Below are positions 11,231 to 25,300 of a stretch of 64,000 bases of DNA, one piece after another. The stretch is from Monocercomonoides exilis PA203. Lineage: Eukaryota; Protista; Preaxostyla. Made by a program: the position numbers and the translations under genes. The stretch spans positions 930,001 to 994,000 of the forward strand of contig LSRY02000016.1 in assembly GCA_001643675.2 (NCBI GenBank), read 5' to 3'. Position 1 is the stretch's first letter, and the number at the start of each line of letters is the position of its first letter. The notes beneath the pieces were generated by a model. The model made no database searches and was not told the DNA's origin. It worked only from the letters and a program-made list of their open reading frames with translations.

Positions 11231-13000
11231 TATTCTGAGAGAAAATAATCAGCAAGCAATTGGAAGCATTCTCCCTTTCCAGATATAAAATTGTGATTCT
11301 TTTCAAACTATTCCAGAAGAATAGCACAATTCCCATTTTGATCATTTACGCCTTGAACAATGCCATAAAGAGGTTGCTACAGGATGTTAGTTTATGTTTT
11401 TGTTTAATATTTTTCTTCAACCATTTCATGAAGCAATTTTTCCTAAAAGTCCATCGCGAAAGCTTCCTTTCGATCAAGAGCAGCATTTTCTTGTGAACAT
11501 TGATAAGACCTATGAAAGAAGAAATGCATCTTCAAAAAAGTGTCAAAAGCTCTCGGTTGCAGAAGGCTTTGAAATACATCTAATCCATTATGAGAAGGCG
11601 ATGTTTTGCGCAGATGATGAAGAAGTGAATTTAGAAATGCACGAGTGGTAATTCTCCCGTTTGGCAGAAGGTTTGAGGCATTCGTCAATTTGGCAAGCAG
11701 AACGCATGAAGAAGATGCAAATAATGAAGGAGTGTAATGATGAGATAGAAACTCAGATTGAACTGAATAAATGATAATGAAGAAAAAGGCAAAGTTGATG
11801 AAAGCGGATCTATTCTTTTCATTTCATTTTGTTTGCTCTCGACACTTTGCTCAATTCCTCATGACCAATGGCTTTGGCTCTTATTTCTTAGTATTCCTCA
11901 GGCGAAAAGGAGTCAAATGATATATATTTGAAGTTATTTACCGAAATCAAAGGAATAATAGATTTTCTAGAAGAAGAATAATTCTTTGTAACATACGTGC
12001 ATTGGCTTCTGAATCATGTGAAAAGGCGAAATAAGGCAGCGATGTGGCAGTTGAAGAGAGTCAGCAGATTGCTCAAAAAATGTAGCGATTGCAAAAGCTA
12101 AGGCAGAACTGAGTTGATTCGAAGCTGCTGGCTTTGTTGCCGAGAAAAAGAAGTATTTCTTTGTTCTGGTTGGACAGAAAACTTGTGCTCCAACATCGCT
12201 GTAAAAAAATGGAGGTGATTAAGCTTTTATAATTAAATATGAAAATGCTTTTGTTGAAGGGGAAAGGAAATAAGATTGTTAAAACGGATGAACGTTGAGA
12301 ATTATTGATGAAAAAGATGAAGATGAAAATGGCGATGATGTTGGAGAAAATAAAGTGGATATGACCATTTAATTGAATTCAAAAATATGCTTCACTAAAA
12401 TTCATTCTGAAAAGCTAAGAAGATTTGAAAAAGTATTCAGCAGTTGCAATTTATCCATGTTTCATTCCATGTTTTCACCTCTTCGATACCGATGAATATC
12501 GTCATTTCAACAGATGCTTGCTATGTAGAATAAAAAAGATTATGTGCATAGCCATCGTTTAAAATGAAGTTTAGTTTTTTCTATTTCTTTTATTTTCTTT
12601 TAAATTTCTTTGTCTCCTTGTTGCTCTTCATAAGTTTCCAATTATCATGTCATTTTTCATTCTGACGTATAAATTCAATTTATTCCTGTTCCCGCATATT
12701 ATTTCCCGTTAACCTCCTTTTCCATCTCGCAATCAGATAATCTTGCAATTCGCATTTTTGATCAGATTATTTTTTATGGTATTTGAAAATGAAACTTTCG
12801 AACACTTTTTTATTCTATTTACCTTTTCACATTGATATTTTTTCATAATATTTTGGAACAAAATCACTTTTTTTAAAAGTAACTGAACGTTGTCTCTTTT
12901 TATTTATGAAAAGAGTTGTAACAATTAAAAAATCAAAGAGAAAAATCAAAATAAATATTTTTCAAAATTGAATAAAATGTCATAACACATAAAACTGCCT

Positions 13001-16000
13001 TCAAATATTTTGCGTGTCGTGCTCAACTTGCCGAGGAGTTGGGCGAAATTTCGTTGTGCTTATTTGCGGTTGGCTGGGCACAGGAGGAATGCGAGAAAAC
13101 GAGACCTGGCGCTTTTGGTTCAATGAAGAAGAAGAAGAAGATGATGATGATGATGATGACAATGACAATGAATATGATCCAACTCCTTCATCACCTCCCC
13201 TTTTATTCGAGTTCTCTTTCCCTTCTCTCAGACGCCTCTCGTGCTCTTTCTGTTTGTCCCTCGTTGACTCAAACCCTGGCGGAGTAGTACACTCAGCACC
13301 TTCCTCTGCTTTCCTCTTGTTCTCCTTCTCACACTCGTTGATCTGGCTGAGACTGACTCCCTTCAGCAGCACGCCCTGCCCGCCAAAGGGAATGTCTGCT
13401 GCCACATCTTCTCTCCTTCCGGTGCTCCTCCGGCGAAACAGCTGGTTCCGTGTCTGCCGCGGAGAGAGGGTCATTGGCGTGGGTGAAAGAGGGGATGATG
13501 TTGATGAAGAGACAGATGTTGAGGCAGATGTCGAAAGAGGTGCCACAGAAAGCGAATGAGATGAAAATGTTAGAGAAGGAATGACAACACCTGCAGACGA
13601 AGACGGGATCGAAGGAGCCGATGGAGGCAGTACAGCTTGTTGGAGGATATGTTGATGGAGATCGGCCACAGACACACTCGGCGAAAGGGTGGGCGAAGCA
13701 TATGGCGATGCTTCGAGAGAAGGCGCGTGCGAGAGAGAAGGGTTGGAATGAGAGGGATCGGTGTCCTTTTGCGAGGAGATGATGATGGAAGATGAAGAGG
13801 AGGAAGAAGGTTGACTATTCTGCAACGGAGCGTCAGATGAAGAAACCACATAAGAGTTGAAAACAGGCAAATGCGAATTATGCAAATGCAATTCTTTCCT
13901 TCTCCTTTCTTCTTTCCTCTCCTTGTTCCTTCTCCTCTCCCTCGCTTCTCTTCTCTTCTGTACCTCCTTCCTCTTCTTCTCCTTCTTCTGTTCTTCCACA
14001 ATGCAGATCTCCTCCTTCGCTATGCCCCTCGCTGCAAGCCACGCATCTGCAGCATCACCCACATTACGCAGAAGAGAGAGCAAAGGCAGCGGAAGCGACA
14101 AAAGCGTTGATCTGATACGATGGCTTGGGGTAGAGGCGTTTGAAGGGTTCTGTGGGAATGAATGGAAAGCGGATGACTTGTTGGATGCAGGGGATGATTG
14201 CATTGGATTGAAAGATTCTTCTTCATCACCCGCTTGCTCAGCAGTCGAATCAGCAATCACAAGATCGCTCTCTATTTGGGTGTCTATGGTAGGCACGGCT
14301 ATCAAAACAGGAGGCAGTTGAGCATTGTTCATTTGCGGTTGTGATTGTTTCTGTTGCTGATTCTGTTGTTGTGTGTGTGTTGTGTTTGGATGCACATGCA
14401 AAGCGGACGGAATCGAATGTGGATCCAAAACAACAACATGTCTTTCTGTATCACTTCCTGTGCTGTTGCCTTTACTCAAATCATTTTGTTCATTATGTGT
14501 GTTTGATTTCCGCTTCTCTCCCTTTTTGCCTCCTCCTCCTCCTCCTCCTCCTCCTTCTTTTGCTTCCTCGTCAATGCATTCGTCTATAGCTTTGAACAGC
14601 TTTTGCGCTGCCTCTTTTCTTTCTTTCAGATAGATCGCTTTCTTCTCTTCCCACCTCTGTTTGAACTTCTTCTCTCTCTCAATCATCGATTCGACAACTG
14701 AATGGAACTTGAACGGCTTCCTCTTCTTTGCTGTTTCTGGCTTGCTCTTCGCTTGTGAAAGAATTGGAGGAAATGCACTTTGACGACTGCTTTGCTTATT
14801 GTAGTTGTTTTGAATTTTGCTTAATTCTTTAGCATCTTCATCATCTTTCTCCCTATTCTCTTTCCTTTCTTTCCCTTCTTCTCCTTCTCCTTCTCCTTCC
14901 TCATCCTCATCTTTCTCTCCCTTTCCCTGCGAAATCTCCAGAATCACGTTTCTTTTGTAAGCTGACAGCACACTTTTCACAAAATGCCCCCATCTCTCGT
15001 TTATCTCCCTCTTTCTCCTTTCCTCCTCTTCTGCTGCCAAATCCACAACAGCAGGCCTCAGAGTCGCAGAAGTCGCAATCAATGACTGGGGATCAACAAC
15101 AAGAAGAGAAGGAGAAGAAGAGGAAGAAGAAGAAACATGCTCTCCTCCTTCTTCAAATCCAGATGCTGTGCTTTCTTCTTCTTCTTCTTCAACTTTTTCA
15201 CTCACATATTCTTCTTCTCCTTCTTCGAATTCACTTTCGCTGTTAATGCTTTCACTTGAGTTGTTGTTACCACTTTGGAATTCTTTCAAAACAGCCTCTG
15301 AAATCTTCTTGTGCAACTCATTTTGCATTTCTGTTTTGTTATTTGAATCAACTCCATTTGCATCTCTTTCATTAGATTTCATTAAAAATGATCTTTCAGT
15401 TGTGACATTTGAGGAAAGAGAAGAAGATGATAAGTCAATTGATTCATTGGTATTACTCAGGCTCTGTTTTGAAGGCGAGCCAGAAACGGTGTGTGAGAAA
15501 GAGGAAAGAGAAGGATAAGTCTGAAGTGTCTTTGATGAAATGACATCAGCAGGGAGAGAAGGATGAGAGGAATAAATAGAAGACAGCTTATTGAGATGGA
15601 GTTGGGATGAAGGTGAAGTGGAAGAAAAAAGTTGTTGTGGAATTTCTTTGTTTGGTGGTGGAAAAGAATTGTTTCCTTGTTCAGTTTGAGGAAAATTATC
15701 AGCATTTTCTATTTCTTTGTTAAGAACTCCTAAAAACTCTCTCTTCTTCTTCTGTTGCTGTTCAAATTGAGAAATCAATTTTGAATAAGAAAACGAAGTA
15801 TTTTTATCATCGTCATCATCTTCTTCGTTCTCATCAAATAACCCACGATCACTTTTTATCTGAGCAAGCATGTTTTCCGCTTCCAAAATAGTTCCATTTA
15901 TCGAAGTTGCAAGAGACGATAGCGTCTGCTTAGAGATCTTGCCGCATTCCATCAGAATGCTTCTCATAAGCACCTCTTCTTCTTCACAAACGCTGCCAAC

Positions 16001-19000
16001 CAAACAAGAGAGCGAAGCTTGCTCATCTTTTTCTTTGCTATTTAATTCATTTTGCATTTGTGCGTTTCCTTCATTTTCATTCAATTTCTCTGAATTTTTG
16101 CTTTTTTCGTCATTTTTATTGAAAGATTGCTCATTTTCTGTTCCAACCGAACCAAAAAGCGGTTGATAAAATCTGTCTTTTATGAACCCAGTTATCTTCT
16201 CTGGCTTTCCATTCACACTCAAAACGATGTTTTCCTGTTCTCTTTCTTCTCTTTCTTCTCTTTCTTCTTCTTCTTCTTTTCTTTCTTCCTCTTCTTCTTC
16301 TTCTTCGATTTTCCTCAAAACCCCACAAAACTTCTCTTCCATCTCCTTTCTCTCTTCTCTTCGTATTCTTTCTGTTCTCATCTTCCTCCTCATGTTTCCA
16401 TTGTTTTTCTCGCTCTCTTTCCATTCTTCCTCCTCCAGCTGCTGTTGAAGCCTTTTGTTCTTCTCTTTCTCTTCCTCCAATTTCGCTTCCATTTTCTTCG
16501 CTTCTTCCTTCGCCTCTTCCAATTTCTGCTCCCACATGCTTTCTTTGTCAGCAAACTGTATCATCATCTCCCTTTTCATCTCTTTCTCTTTCTCTTTCTC
16601 TTTATACTCTTTCTCTTCCTCCTCTCCCTTCCTTTGCTTTGCTTCTTCTTCTTCCTTTTGCTTCTGTCTTTCACTCGCAATCACACAAAGCAAGTCAAAA
16701 CGATTCATATGGGCCACATCTTCAACACATTCCACATTTATTCCCCTCTTCTCCATCTCTTCTCTTTCTTCTCTTTCTCTTTCTTTCTCCCTCTTTTCTT
16801 TGTTTGCCCCCTCATTCTCTTCTTCTCCCGCCCTTCTCTGTTTCTGCCTCTGTTCTTCTGCTTCTTCTTCTAACACTCTCAATCTCTCCTCCAGAAATAT
16901 CTGCTTTCCTTTCTCTCTTGACAGCTCTTCTTCGTGCTCTTTCATCAACTTCAGCTCGTTCTCCCTCATCTCACTCATTTTGGCCTCGTTTTCTCTGCAC
17001 TCGTTCTGCCAATGGTCGGCTGCCTCCTTCTTCGCTTCAACTTCCTTCTCTAATTCGTTCACTTCCTTTTGCAAGCGCCGAATTTTCTCTTTCATTTTCT
17101 CCATCTCTTCGTCTTCTGCTTGCTCTGAAAGACGCATTCTGGCTGCATATTCTCTTTTCGCCACTTTCTCCGCTTCTTCTTCGGCTTCTTTCTCTTCCTC
17201 TTCTTCTTCCAGTCGCTTTCGCTCGTTCTCTTTGATAGCTTCGTTAATCACTCGTTGCATTTGTTTGGCAAAGGATTGACGTAAATCTGTTTGAGATACA
17301 ATAAAAAAAAGAGAGAGAAAGAAAATTAATATTAAAAAAAAAAGATAATTGGAGATGGAAGGAAAAGATGGAAGAATAGAAAAAGAAAGAGAGGAAGAGA
17401 AAAAGCAAAAAGAAAAATTAAAAAAAAAAAAAAAAGAATTTTAATTGAATGACGAAAAGTGAATTGTATTGAAAAGTCAACAACAATCACAACAATCTTT
17501 CAAATGCATACGTTGAAACTTCTCCAACTGAAGGCTTTTCTTCTTTTCCATGTCAGAAAGAAGCGACTGAAAAGAAGGAACTTGTGTGTTCTTCGGTGAA
17601 CGCAGCGAAGCAGGTGGAGTGGAAGAGCGGGAAATGGGCTTATTTTCTGAAGATGGATAAGAATCAGAATTTGGATTAGAATTTGGATTTGAAGAAGAAG
17701 AAGAAGAAGAAGAAGAAGAAGAAGAAGAAGAAGAAGAAGGAGAGAAAGACACAGAAGAAGAAGGGGATGATAAGGATTCGCAAACAAGAGGAGGGAGGAT
17801 AACAGAACGAGGAGCAGAATGAGGGCGTGAATGTGCTGAGTGTGTTGAATGTGACTTGCTGTCTGTTGAAAAAGAAGGAGAAGACGTGAATTGGATGGGG
17901 GAGACAGATGTGCGGGAAGAAGGGCGGGGGCGGGATGTGAATAGAGAAGAAGGAGAAAGAGGTTGAGATGGTGAAGAAGAAGAAGATGATGATGAGGGGG
18001 AAGAGGATGAAGTGAAAGAGGAAGAAGAGGAAGAAGAATCAGAAGCAGAAGAAGAAGTCTTGTGGTTTTGTGATGTGTTTTGAGGTGTCTTCAGAGAGAG
18101 GTATGTTTGAGGTGAAATTGAGCGTGTGGGCGACAGCCTTGAAGATTGGCTGGAAAGAAACGGATCTTCAAACATTGCACCAACAGCAGTGGTGCTTTCA
18201 TTATCTTCGCTTTCAGTCGCCCGCGGCGTTGCTGGCTGCGAACGCGTTAAACGGCCTGTAACGTCCACTTTTTCGTCTTCGTCTTTTTGTGCTAGGAATT
18301 TTTCGATTGTGGTAAAAAAAAGAAATAAAAGTTTAATTCATTAAATATAAACTCAAAAATGAAAAAATTTTGACAAACCTTTGCTGCTTTTGCTTCTGTT
18401 CAAACCACCTGCAATTGAAGGTGACGGAGATATCAACTGGGGCGTTTCCAAAGGAAGCCTTGCAAATTCCGCCATATCGTATTCGGTTGCTCTTTTCATC
18501 AACCATTCGAATAGCGAATCAAAAATTGCTTTTTGCTCAGCTTGCTTTGTGTCGTAGCGAGAAAACACAAAATTGAGACGATTTTGTGCAGCCTAAAATG
18601 AGTCATTTTTAAAATTGTGAAAAAAAATTCATCCTTTGAAAAAAGACTTAATTTTTCTTTCACCACAAACATCATAATCAAGTGAAGGAGAATCGTATCT
18701 AACACGTTCTGATAGCGGAGACGTTCGAGGAGAACGAGGTGAAGATGAAGAACGCGAAGTGCTTAAAGGTACATCAACATCCGATTCCGAATGAGGACTA
18801 ACAGTTGCATTATCTGTTTCCATCTGTGAATCTTCAGCATCATCAGTACCTTCTGCCTGCGCTGGTTGTTGCTGAGTGATAATCTGTGGTGATGTTGCTG
18901 ACTCGTATTTTTGTAGAGCATCAACCATTCTATCGTTGATTGCTTGCAATTGAGTTTTTTCCTCAAGTTTTTTCTATTATTTTAAAATTATCAACAATAT

Positions 19001-19248
19001 GCAGGAAAAATACAAAATAATTTTGAGAATCAGAAATAAAATACTTTTTCATATTCCTGCACAATATTTTGCCGACTAAACAAATTCAAGGAAATAATGA
19101 TATAATTGTTTTTAACATTTTGCAACTATGATTTAAATGCAAACTCTGGATCGTGAAATTTAGGCTTTCTGGGTTGGGCCTGAGGTTTTTTCCGAGAATA
19201 ATCTATTTTAGCCTGCCGTTTAGGCTTTTGTGTCAATGAAGATTTCAT
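13001..19248 (-). CDS. Large coiled-coil/low-complexity protein, 6 exons, ~1905 aa, function unknown
   Basis: Model complement(join(13001..17286,17512..18291,18379..18592,18671..18973,19045..19075,19145..19248)). Five GT-AG introns of 69, 71, 78, 87 and 225 nt all have compatible phases and give MKSSLTQKPKRQAKIDYSRKK...HDPDRQNIVQEYEKKKLEEKTQLQAINDRM...YDAAQNRLNFVFSRYD...EKFQHLRQSFAKQMQRV. Long E/K/R coiled-coil tracts and poly-S/E/G. Confidence 0.8.
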
Positions 19249-19360
19249 TCACAACAACACAAAAACTGGCAGAGAAAAAAGTATGGCTTGCGATAATTGA
19301 AGAAGGGTCGGATCGAATTAAAAATCGTTTTAACCCTCTATTTAGAGGGTTATATAAGTA
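19236..19360. promoter_or_regulatory. Very compact head-to-head gene junction (putative bidirectional promoter or overlapping 5' ends)
   Basis: Minus-strand ATG at 19248; plus-strand ATG at either 19361 (112-nt gap) or 19236 (overlapping). Confidence 0.5.
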
Positions 19361-22300
19361 ATGAATCGGCTTATTTTATTACACACAAAATCTATTAGGA
19401 ATTCAGTTTCTCAACTTGAAGTGAAACAAAAACAATCAACAGTTAAGGCAATACTTTACAATTTGCGTATTCTTTCCTCATGGTTGCAGTTTACAACACG
19501 CAAATTGTTAACGTATCCAATATTTACTGCACTTCTGACAGAAATTACAGGAGCAATAAATTGTTCAGATGCTTCTGTGAGAATTGCTGTATTATCAATT
19601 TTACCTCAAATTCTGGAACAAACACCCGAAGAATTCAAAATTGACACAGTTTCTCTCATATTTAGTATAACAGCTCATTATCCGCCGCGTGTGAGAGATC
19701 TCTCGTTCAGAATATGCTTTCCGTTAGGCATTTCTGTGAGTAAATCTAGCCAATTCGTTGTGCAAAATTCACTAACTTCTGTTCTTCAAGAAGAAATAAT
19801 ATGTAAAACTGCAAAAGAGAATTCGATTCTTCAATTTTTTGCGAGCCCGTTAGTGCTGCATCACTTATCTGAACGTTTTGCTCAAAATTCAGCTTTCACT
19901 TTTTCTGATTTAAATTTTGCCATAATATCCTCGCTTCCATCATCAAGCCATGAAGATGGTTGTTGCATATCAAAGATTTTTGCTGCATTTTCTGAAAGAT
20001 CAAGAGATTCTGTTAAACTTTACCATATTTCAAAGATAATATCTTTGCTATTATCTGTTTGGATTTCAAAAGAAAACGAGTTCAATCGATCGGATTTGCC
20101 TGAACTTTCCTCTCGAAGCAATTTGCTTTCTTTAACGCTTGATTGCTTTTCTATGTTGGAGAATCTTCTCCTTTCTAATTTATCTACAGATTCCAATATG
20201 CAATCGAAATCTGGATCAGGCTTTTGGAATCCATCTGATTATTGGCTGTTCAGTAAAAAGTTCAATGAAACTTCAAAGGATGGAAAAGCTGATCATGTTC
20301 TGCAAGATTTTTATGAAAGTTACTACGAGGATAAATCTGATCATGAATCAATTACAGAAATCGGTTTAAAGAGTTTGCCAAACAGTAATATTTGCAATCT
20401 TGTAGCAGTTTTACAAACAATATTGGAAGCTTTTTTAAAGAAGCAAAAAGATGGGAAATGTCCAAAAACTCATTCTATTCCCACAGAAAGTCTTTCAACA
20501 GAAGAAAAAACCGGCACTGAAGTGGATGATGATAACAAACCATCAAATTTGATACCATCAACAGCAGTCGTTCTTCGTTCTCTTCAGCTGCTTCTTGCCT
20601 TGCTGCACTTTTGGTACCAGCATCGATCCATCACATTTGATGATGTTCAATGCAGCAGAAATGAAAAAATGAAAGAAACGATCAAATCACAAGAACCACG
20701 TTGCTCAAATTCGTCTGATTTTTCAACAAGACAAGTTATTTCTTCTGATGTCTCAAATACAGCGTTGATTCCTCAGATTCCCATCCATTTTAAAGAGACA
20801 GCGTCTTCTTCTCTTTCTGTTTCCACAAATAGTTCAGATTGTTTCCTCCCACCTCAAAAAAGAAATCACACCACCTTTTCACAACTGAGACAATCAACAT
20901 CAAAAAGAAAAGGAAAAAGCTTATCAATACAAACAACAGAATCCCTTCCTATCCAACCAATGCTGCAAACTGGCTCACATTTCATAACTGTTCCTCTTTT
21001 GTCTTCTGTTCTCTCGCTTACAGCACATTCTTCCGCGATGATTGCGTCTTCTGCTCTGAATGTTCTGTCAGCTTATTTCATGTCATTTAACACACTTCAT
21101 TCATTTCATTCACTTCCATTTCAGATTTCGTACAAGCAGCCTTCTCAAAAGAGCAGCACATCACAGCATTACACTTCATTTCTGGATCATCTGCTTCAAC
21201 TTCTTTCTTCTTTCTCTTCCACCACTACCTCCTCTTCTTCTCCTTCTACTTCTCGGATCAAACACAAAGATTTTCAAATTGGCATTTCCAGTGAAAGTTC
21301 GAGACAAGAAAATAGCAAAATCTCCTGCACTGAAGAAATTCAACATTCTTCTTTTAATTCACTGAGAGATCTCGACAATGTGATTTTGACTGTCAATTCA
21401 TCAAATGCCAAATTTCACGAATCTTTCATTCAATTTGTTGAAAGACTCAATTCAGTTGTCTGTACCAAAAAGTGCATAAACAAAGAATTAAACTCACAAG
21501 TTGTTCTTGAACAGGAATCAGATGTAATTAAGACTAACAATATTGAAGCTGATAGCATAAACTCAGCACCTGATCCTCTTATTCGCTCTTCTGCCGCATT
21601 TTGTGCTTCTCATCTGATAAGATTGATTCTTTCGTTTATTTCGCTCGCATTCAAAGAAGAACAACAGAAAATTTCTTGTCAAGTGGATTCTGCTAAAAAA
21701 TTGCATTCTTCTTCTTCTTCTTCATTCTCTTCCAAAATGTCCTCTTTTATTCCTTTTGAATCATTGCATGTTTTTTTGAGGCCATTTGTGAGCAATCAAA
21801 CCACATTTCAAACAGAAAAAGATGAGCGTCAATCAAAAAATTCCTTCATTTCACTTTCTCTTCTCTTTCATATTATCATTTCTGCCTTTGTCACTGAAAC
21901 CTCTCAACAGAAGGAAAAAGAAAAAGATGAAGAAAATGTTCAAACTTCTGCTTCTTCGTTTTCTTCTATGAAACATCCTCTTTCTTCACCTCTTGTTGTG
22001 AGCTTCTCAAGAGATGAAGATGAAAAAGAGAGCGCAATGAAATATGAGGAAATTGATCCATTTTTGAACGCTTTGCATTCATTTGAAGATTCCTCAGTTT
22101 CTAAAAGCACTCAAGATGTGTCATTTTCGAAAAATGAAACTGTTATTCCATCTTCTAATTCATCTAATTTTTCAAATTCTTTAATTTCTTCAAGTTCATC
22201 TTGCTCATCTTTGCTTCTTTCACCTTTCTCTTCTCTTTCTTCTTCGACTTCTCCTCCTCTTCGCGCTATTATCATCGCTATCCACTCCATTCATCACTTC

Positions 22301-25300
22301 TGTTCTATCATTTCACCACCATTGCCTTTTCACTTCAAAGAAATTGATAATCTTGCTTCTAAAGGCAGATCATTTAGATGCTCAACAGATATTTTGAAGC
22401 AATTTGAAGGATCGCAAACTCTTGTTCATAATACTTCTTGTTCAATGAACTCTGATTTATCTTCTATTGCATTGAATTCAACCTCTGCTTCTTCAAATTC
22501 AACTTCATCACAGATAGATTCAACTTTTCCTTCGAATCTAACTTTTCTGTCTTCTCTTTCTCTTTCTTTGTCTTTCTGCTCCACTTTTCTGTATCGCCTA
22601 TTTCTGTGCCAAGTGTTCCACCCGACTTCTTCTCTGCTTCCCCCTTCTGCTCTGAATGTGCTGCAACATCTCTCTTTTGGCTCAGTCGCAAATGTTATGG
22701 ATGCTTCTGAAAAATGGATGGAATGCGTCACAAATAGACAGATTACGATGATGAAAGATGAGGTGTCGAAAGATGGAAGTGAAAAGTGTCGTTCAAAAGA
22801 GCTGGATTTATCGACTGAAATAAGTCGGATGACTGATAAATCACCAAAAGTTTCTGCTCCGATTCACGATTCTATTTCTTCATCAATGATGTGTTCAAAT
22901 AAAACATCATCTTCTTCTTTCATTAAAACTTTCCTAGAAATGTTTCTGAAAGCATTTCTTGTTCAGCTTCATTCACAAAGGCAACAAGTCTTTTCAGCGA
23001 CAATAAATTCATTTACACCTTTTGTTATGCATATGGTGATGGCTATGAAACAGTTTGAAAAAAGTTCTCGATTTGAAAACGAAAGAAACTTTATTGAAGC
23101 AAAAAATGAACCAAGAAATGAAAATTGCAGAAATAAAAGTGATCTTTCTGCATGCAATATTTATGAGGAGAATCGCAATAATGCACAAAATAAACAAATG
23201 AATGATTATGCGATGCATTCATCTGTATCTTGCTCTCTTCTCTCCTCAGACTCTTCCCAAAGAGACTTCAATCAATCTACCATTTTTGTGCGTGTGCTCC
23301 TCATGACGCTTGCGACTGCTGGTTTGAAAGGCAATGTTGATCCTTATGTTTTATCGTTAATTCATAAAACTTGCACAAATGAGCAAACATTTTATGGAGC
23401 TGCAAAAACAAGCTCAGAAAAACAAATAACTTCTTCCTTTTCAGAAATGCTGTCTTTTTCTTTGCATCCATCGACTTGTATAATGCTGTTGCGTTCATTT
23501 CTTCAGAACACATCTTCAATGAAGTTTGTTATTTGCCAAAAAGTTTTCAACCTTATCCACGATAAATGCATGACTCAGATTAATTTGAAATCAACTAAAT
23601 CAATTGAGTCAAATGAATCAACGAAAAGTGAAATAACATCCAATCAGATTCAAAATAATAGCATGGAGCTTTTGGAGTATCTCACAACACTTCTGCACAT
23701 GTTGTTTCTCAACATGACGACTTCATATTCCTTTTCTTCTTTCTCCGACAATCAGTCCTCTCAAAAGATGTGCTATCACGCACTTGTTGATATGCTGATT
23801 TCGCTCTCTTTGATCGTTTCTTTGATTCAGCAGACCGTCAAACAACCAAGATTTTATTCAATTTTTGAATCGCTCTATCAACAGAGCGTCAAACAGCAGG
23901 CAGAAACAGATTCTACAAATAAAGCTAATTTGAAGAATGAAGAAATCTGTCCAACTAATTCGTCTTCACCTTTGTTACGCCAGCTCCTTCTCAAAACTTT
24001 AAGTGATATAATTCTCTTCTCATTGGATCTTTTGTTTCTGCTGCAATATTATCTAATTCCGCAGATTCCAAATTACTCACAAAGCACATCATTTTCTCTG
24101 TTTAACTTGTCAAATGCACATTCAGTTAAATCCGATCTGAATCTAAGTTATCAGGCTTCTTCTTCCAGACCTTCCTTTCAGCTGCGGCAGATCTGCAAGA
24201 AAGAGCTGAGGAGGCAAAAAAGAGCGAAAAGAGAAGAGCGAGAAAGAGAAAGACAGAACAGAGAAAAACGCAGAGTTCTGCGGCGGCTGAAGCTCGAAAG
24301 AGAAAGGGAATTAAGAAAAGAAGGCAACATTCCATATGAAAGCGAGCCAAACACAGCTGATTCTGAGGAAGAGGAGCCAAGCAGTTCATCTTCTGATTCA
24401 TTTGAGATGATATCTGAAGCAATGGACGAGAAAGAGGAGTACGAAGAAGCTGATTTCTGTTCAGAGACGTTTCCATATCCTTCTTCACTTATTGAGGACG
24501 ACACAGCATTTTTGGATCTTCTCTGCTCTTTTCTACCTTCATTCCCTTCTCTTACGCAGTCAGCACAAAAATCCATTCGACCTTCAAATTCTTCTGCTTC
24601 AGGTGCTTTTCCATTATCTTCGTCTCCTTCACCATCTCCTTCCCCTTCTTATTCTCCTTTGTCTTCACCCGCTCCAACTTCTTCGCCTGCATCCGCTAAT
24701 GCTATCAATGGTTCAACTTCTTCAACTTCTCAAACATCACCCGTTTCTTCATCGTTATCATCATCTTCTTCTTCTTCTTCTTCTTTTTCTTCTTCTCAAT
24801 CGACGTTTGAGTTGATTCTCTCAAATATCTCACTCATTTCTATATCTTCTCTGAGATGGATCTTAAAAGTGATCCTTCATTCATCTTTCATTTCTGCCGA
24901 AGCCAAGGAAGAGCAGCGCATTTTCCAGCTTTGCAACAGAAAATCCAATTCGAAAAAAAGAGAATTTGGAAAAGGATTGTTTGAAGAAAATACAGAGTTC
25001 GAACTTGAACGTAAAGAAGTCGACGACAAATCTGAAAGGACAGATTCAAATCCTCAATTGATTTCAGAGCAGCTGACAACCATGCCAATAGAAGAATCAA
25101 CAAAAAAGCATACATTTGAAAGCTTGCAATACAGTTATTCAAATCTTATAGGATCTTTTGGAAGTTCTCACAAACATCACAAAGACGACTTCATTCCAAA
25201 GCTCTCTTTAACCCCAACGGCGCCTCCATCTGTCGATCTTCTTCTTTCCGCCTTGTTTTCATCCGACTCACTATCTTCTTCTTCTTCTGTCATCAGTAGT

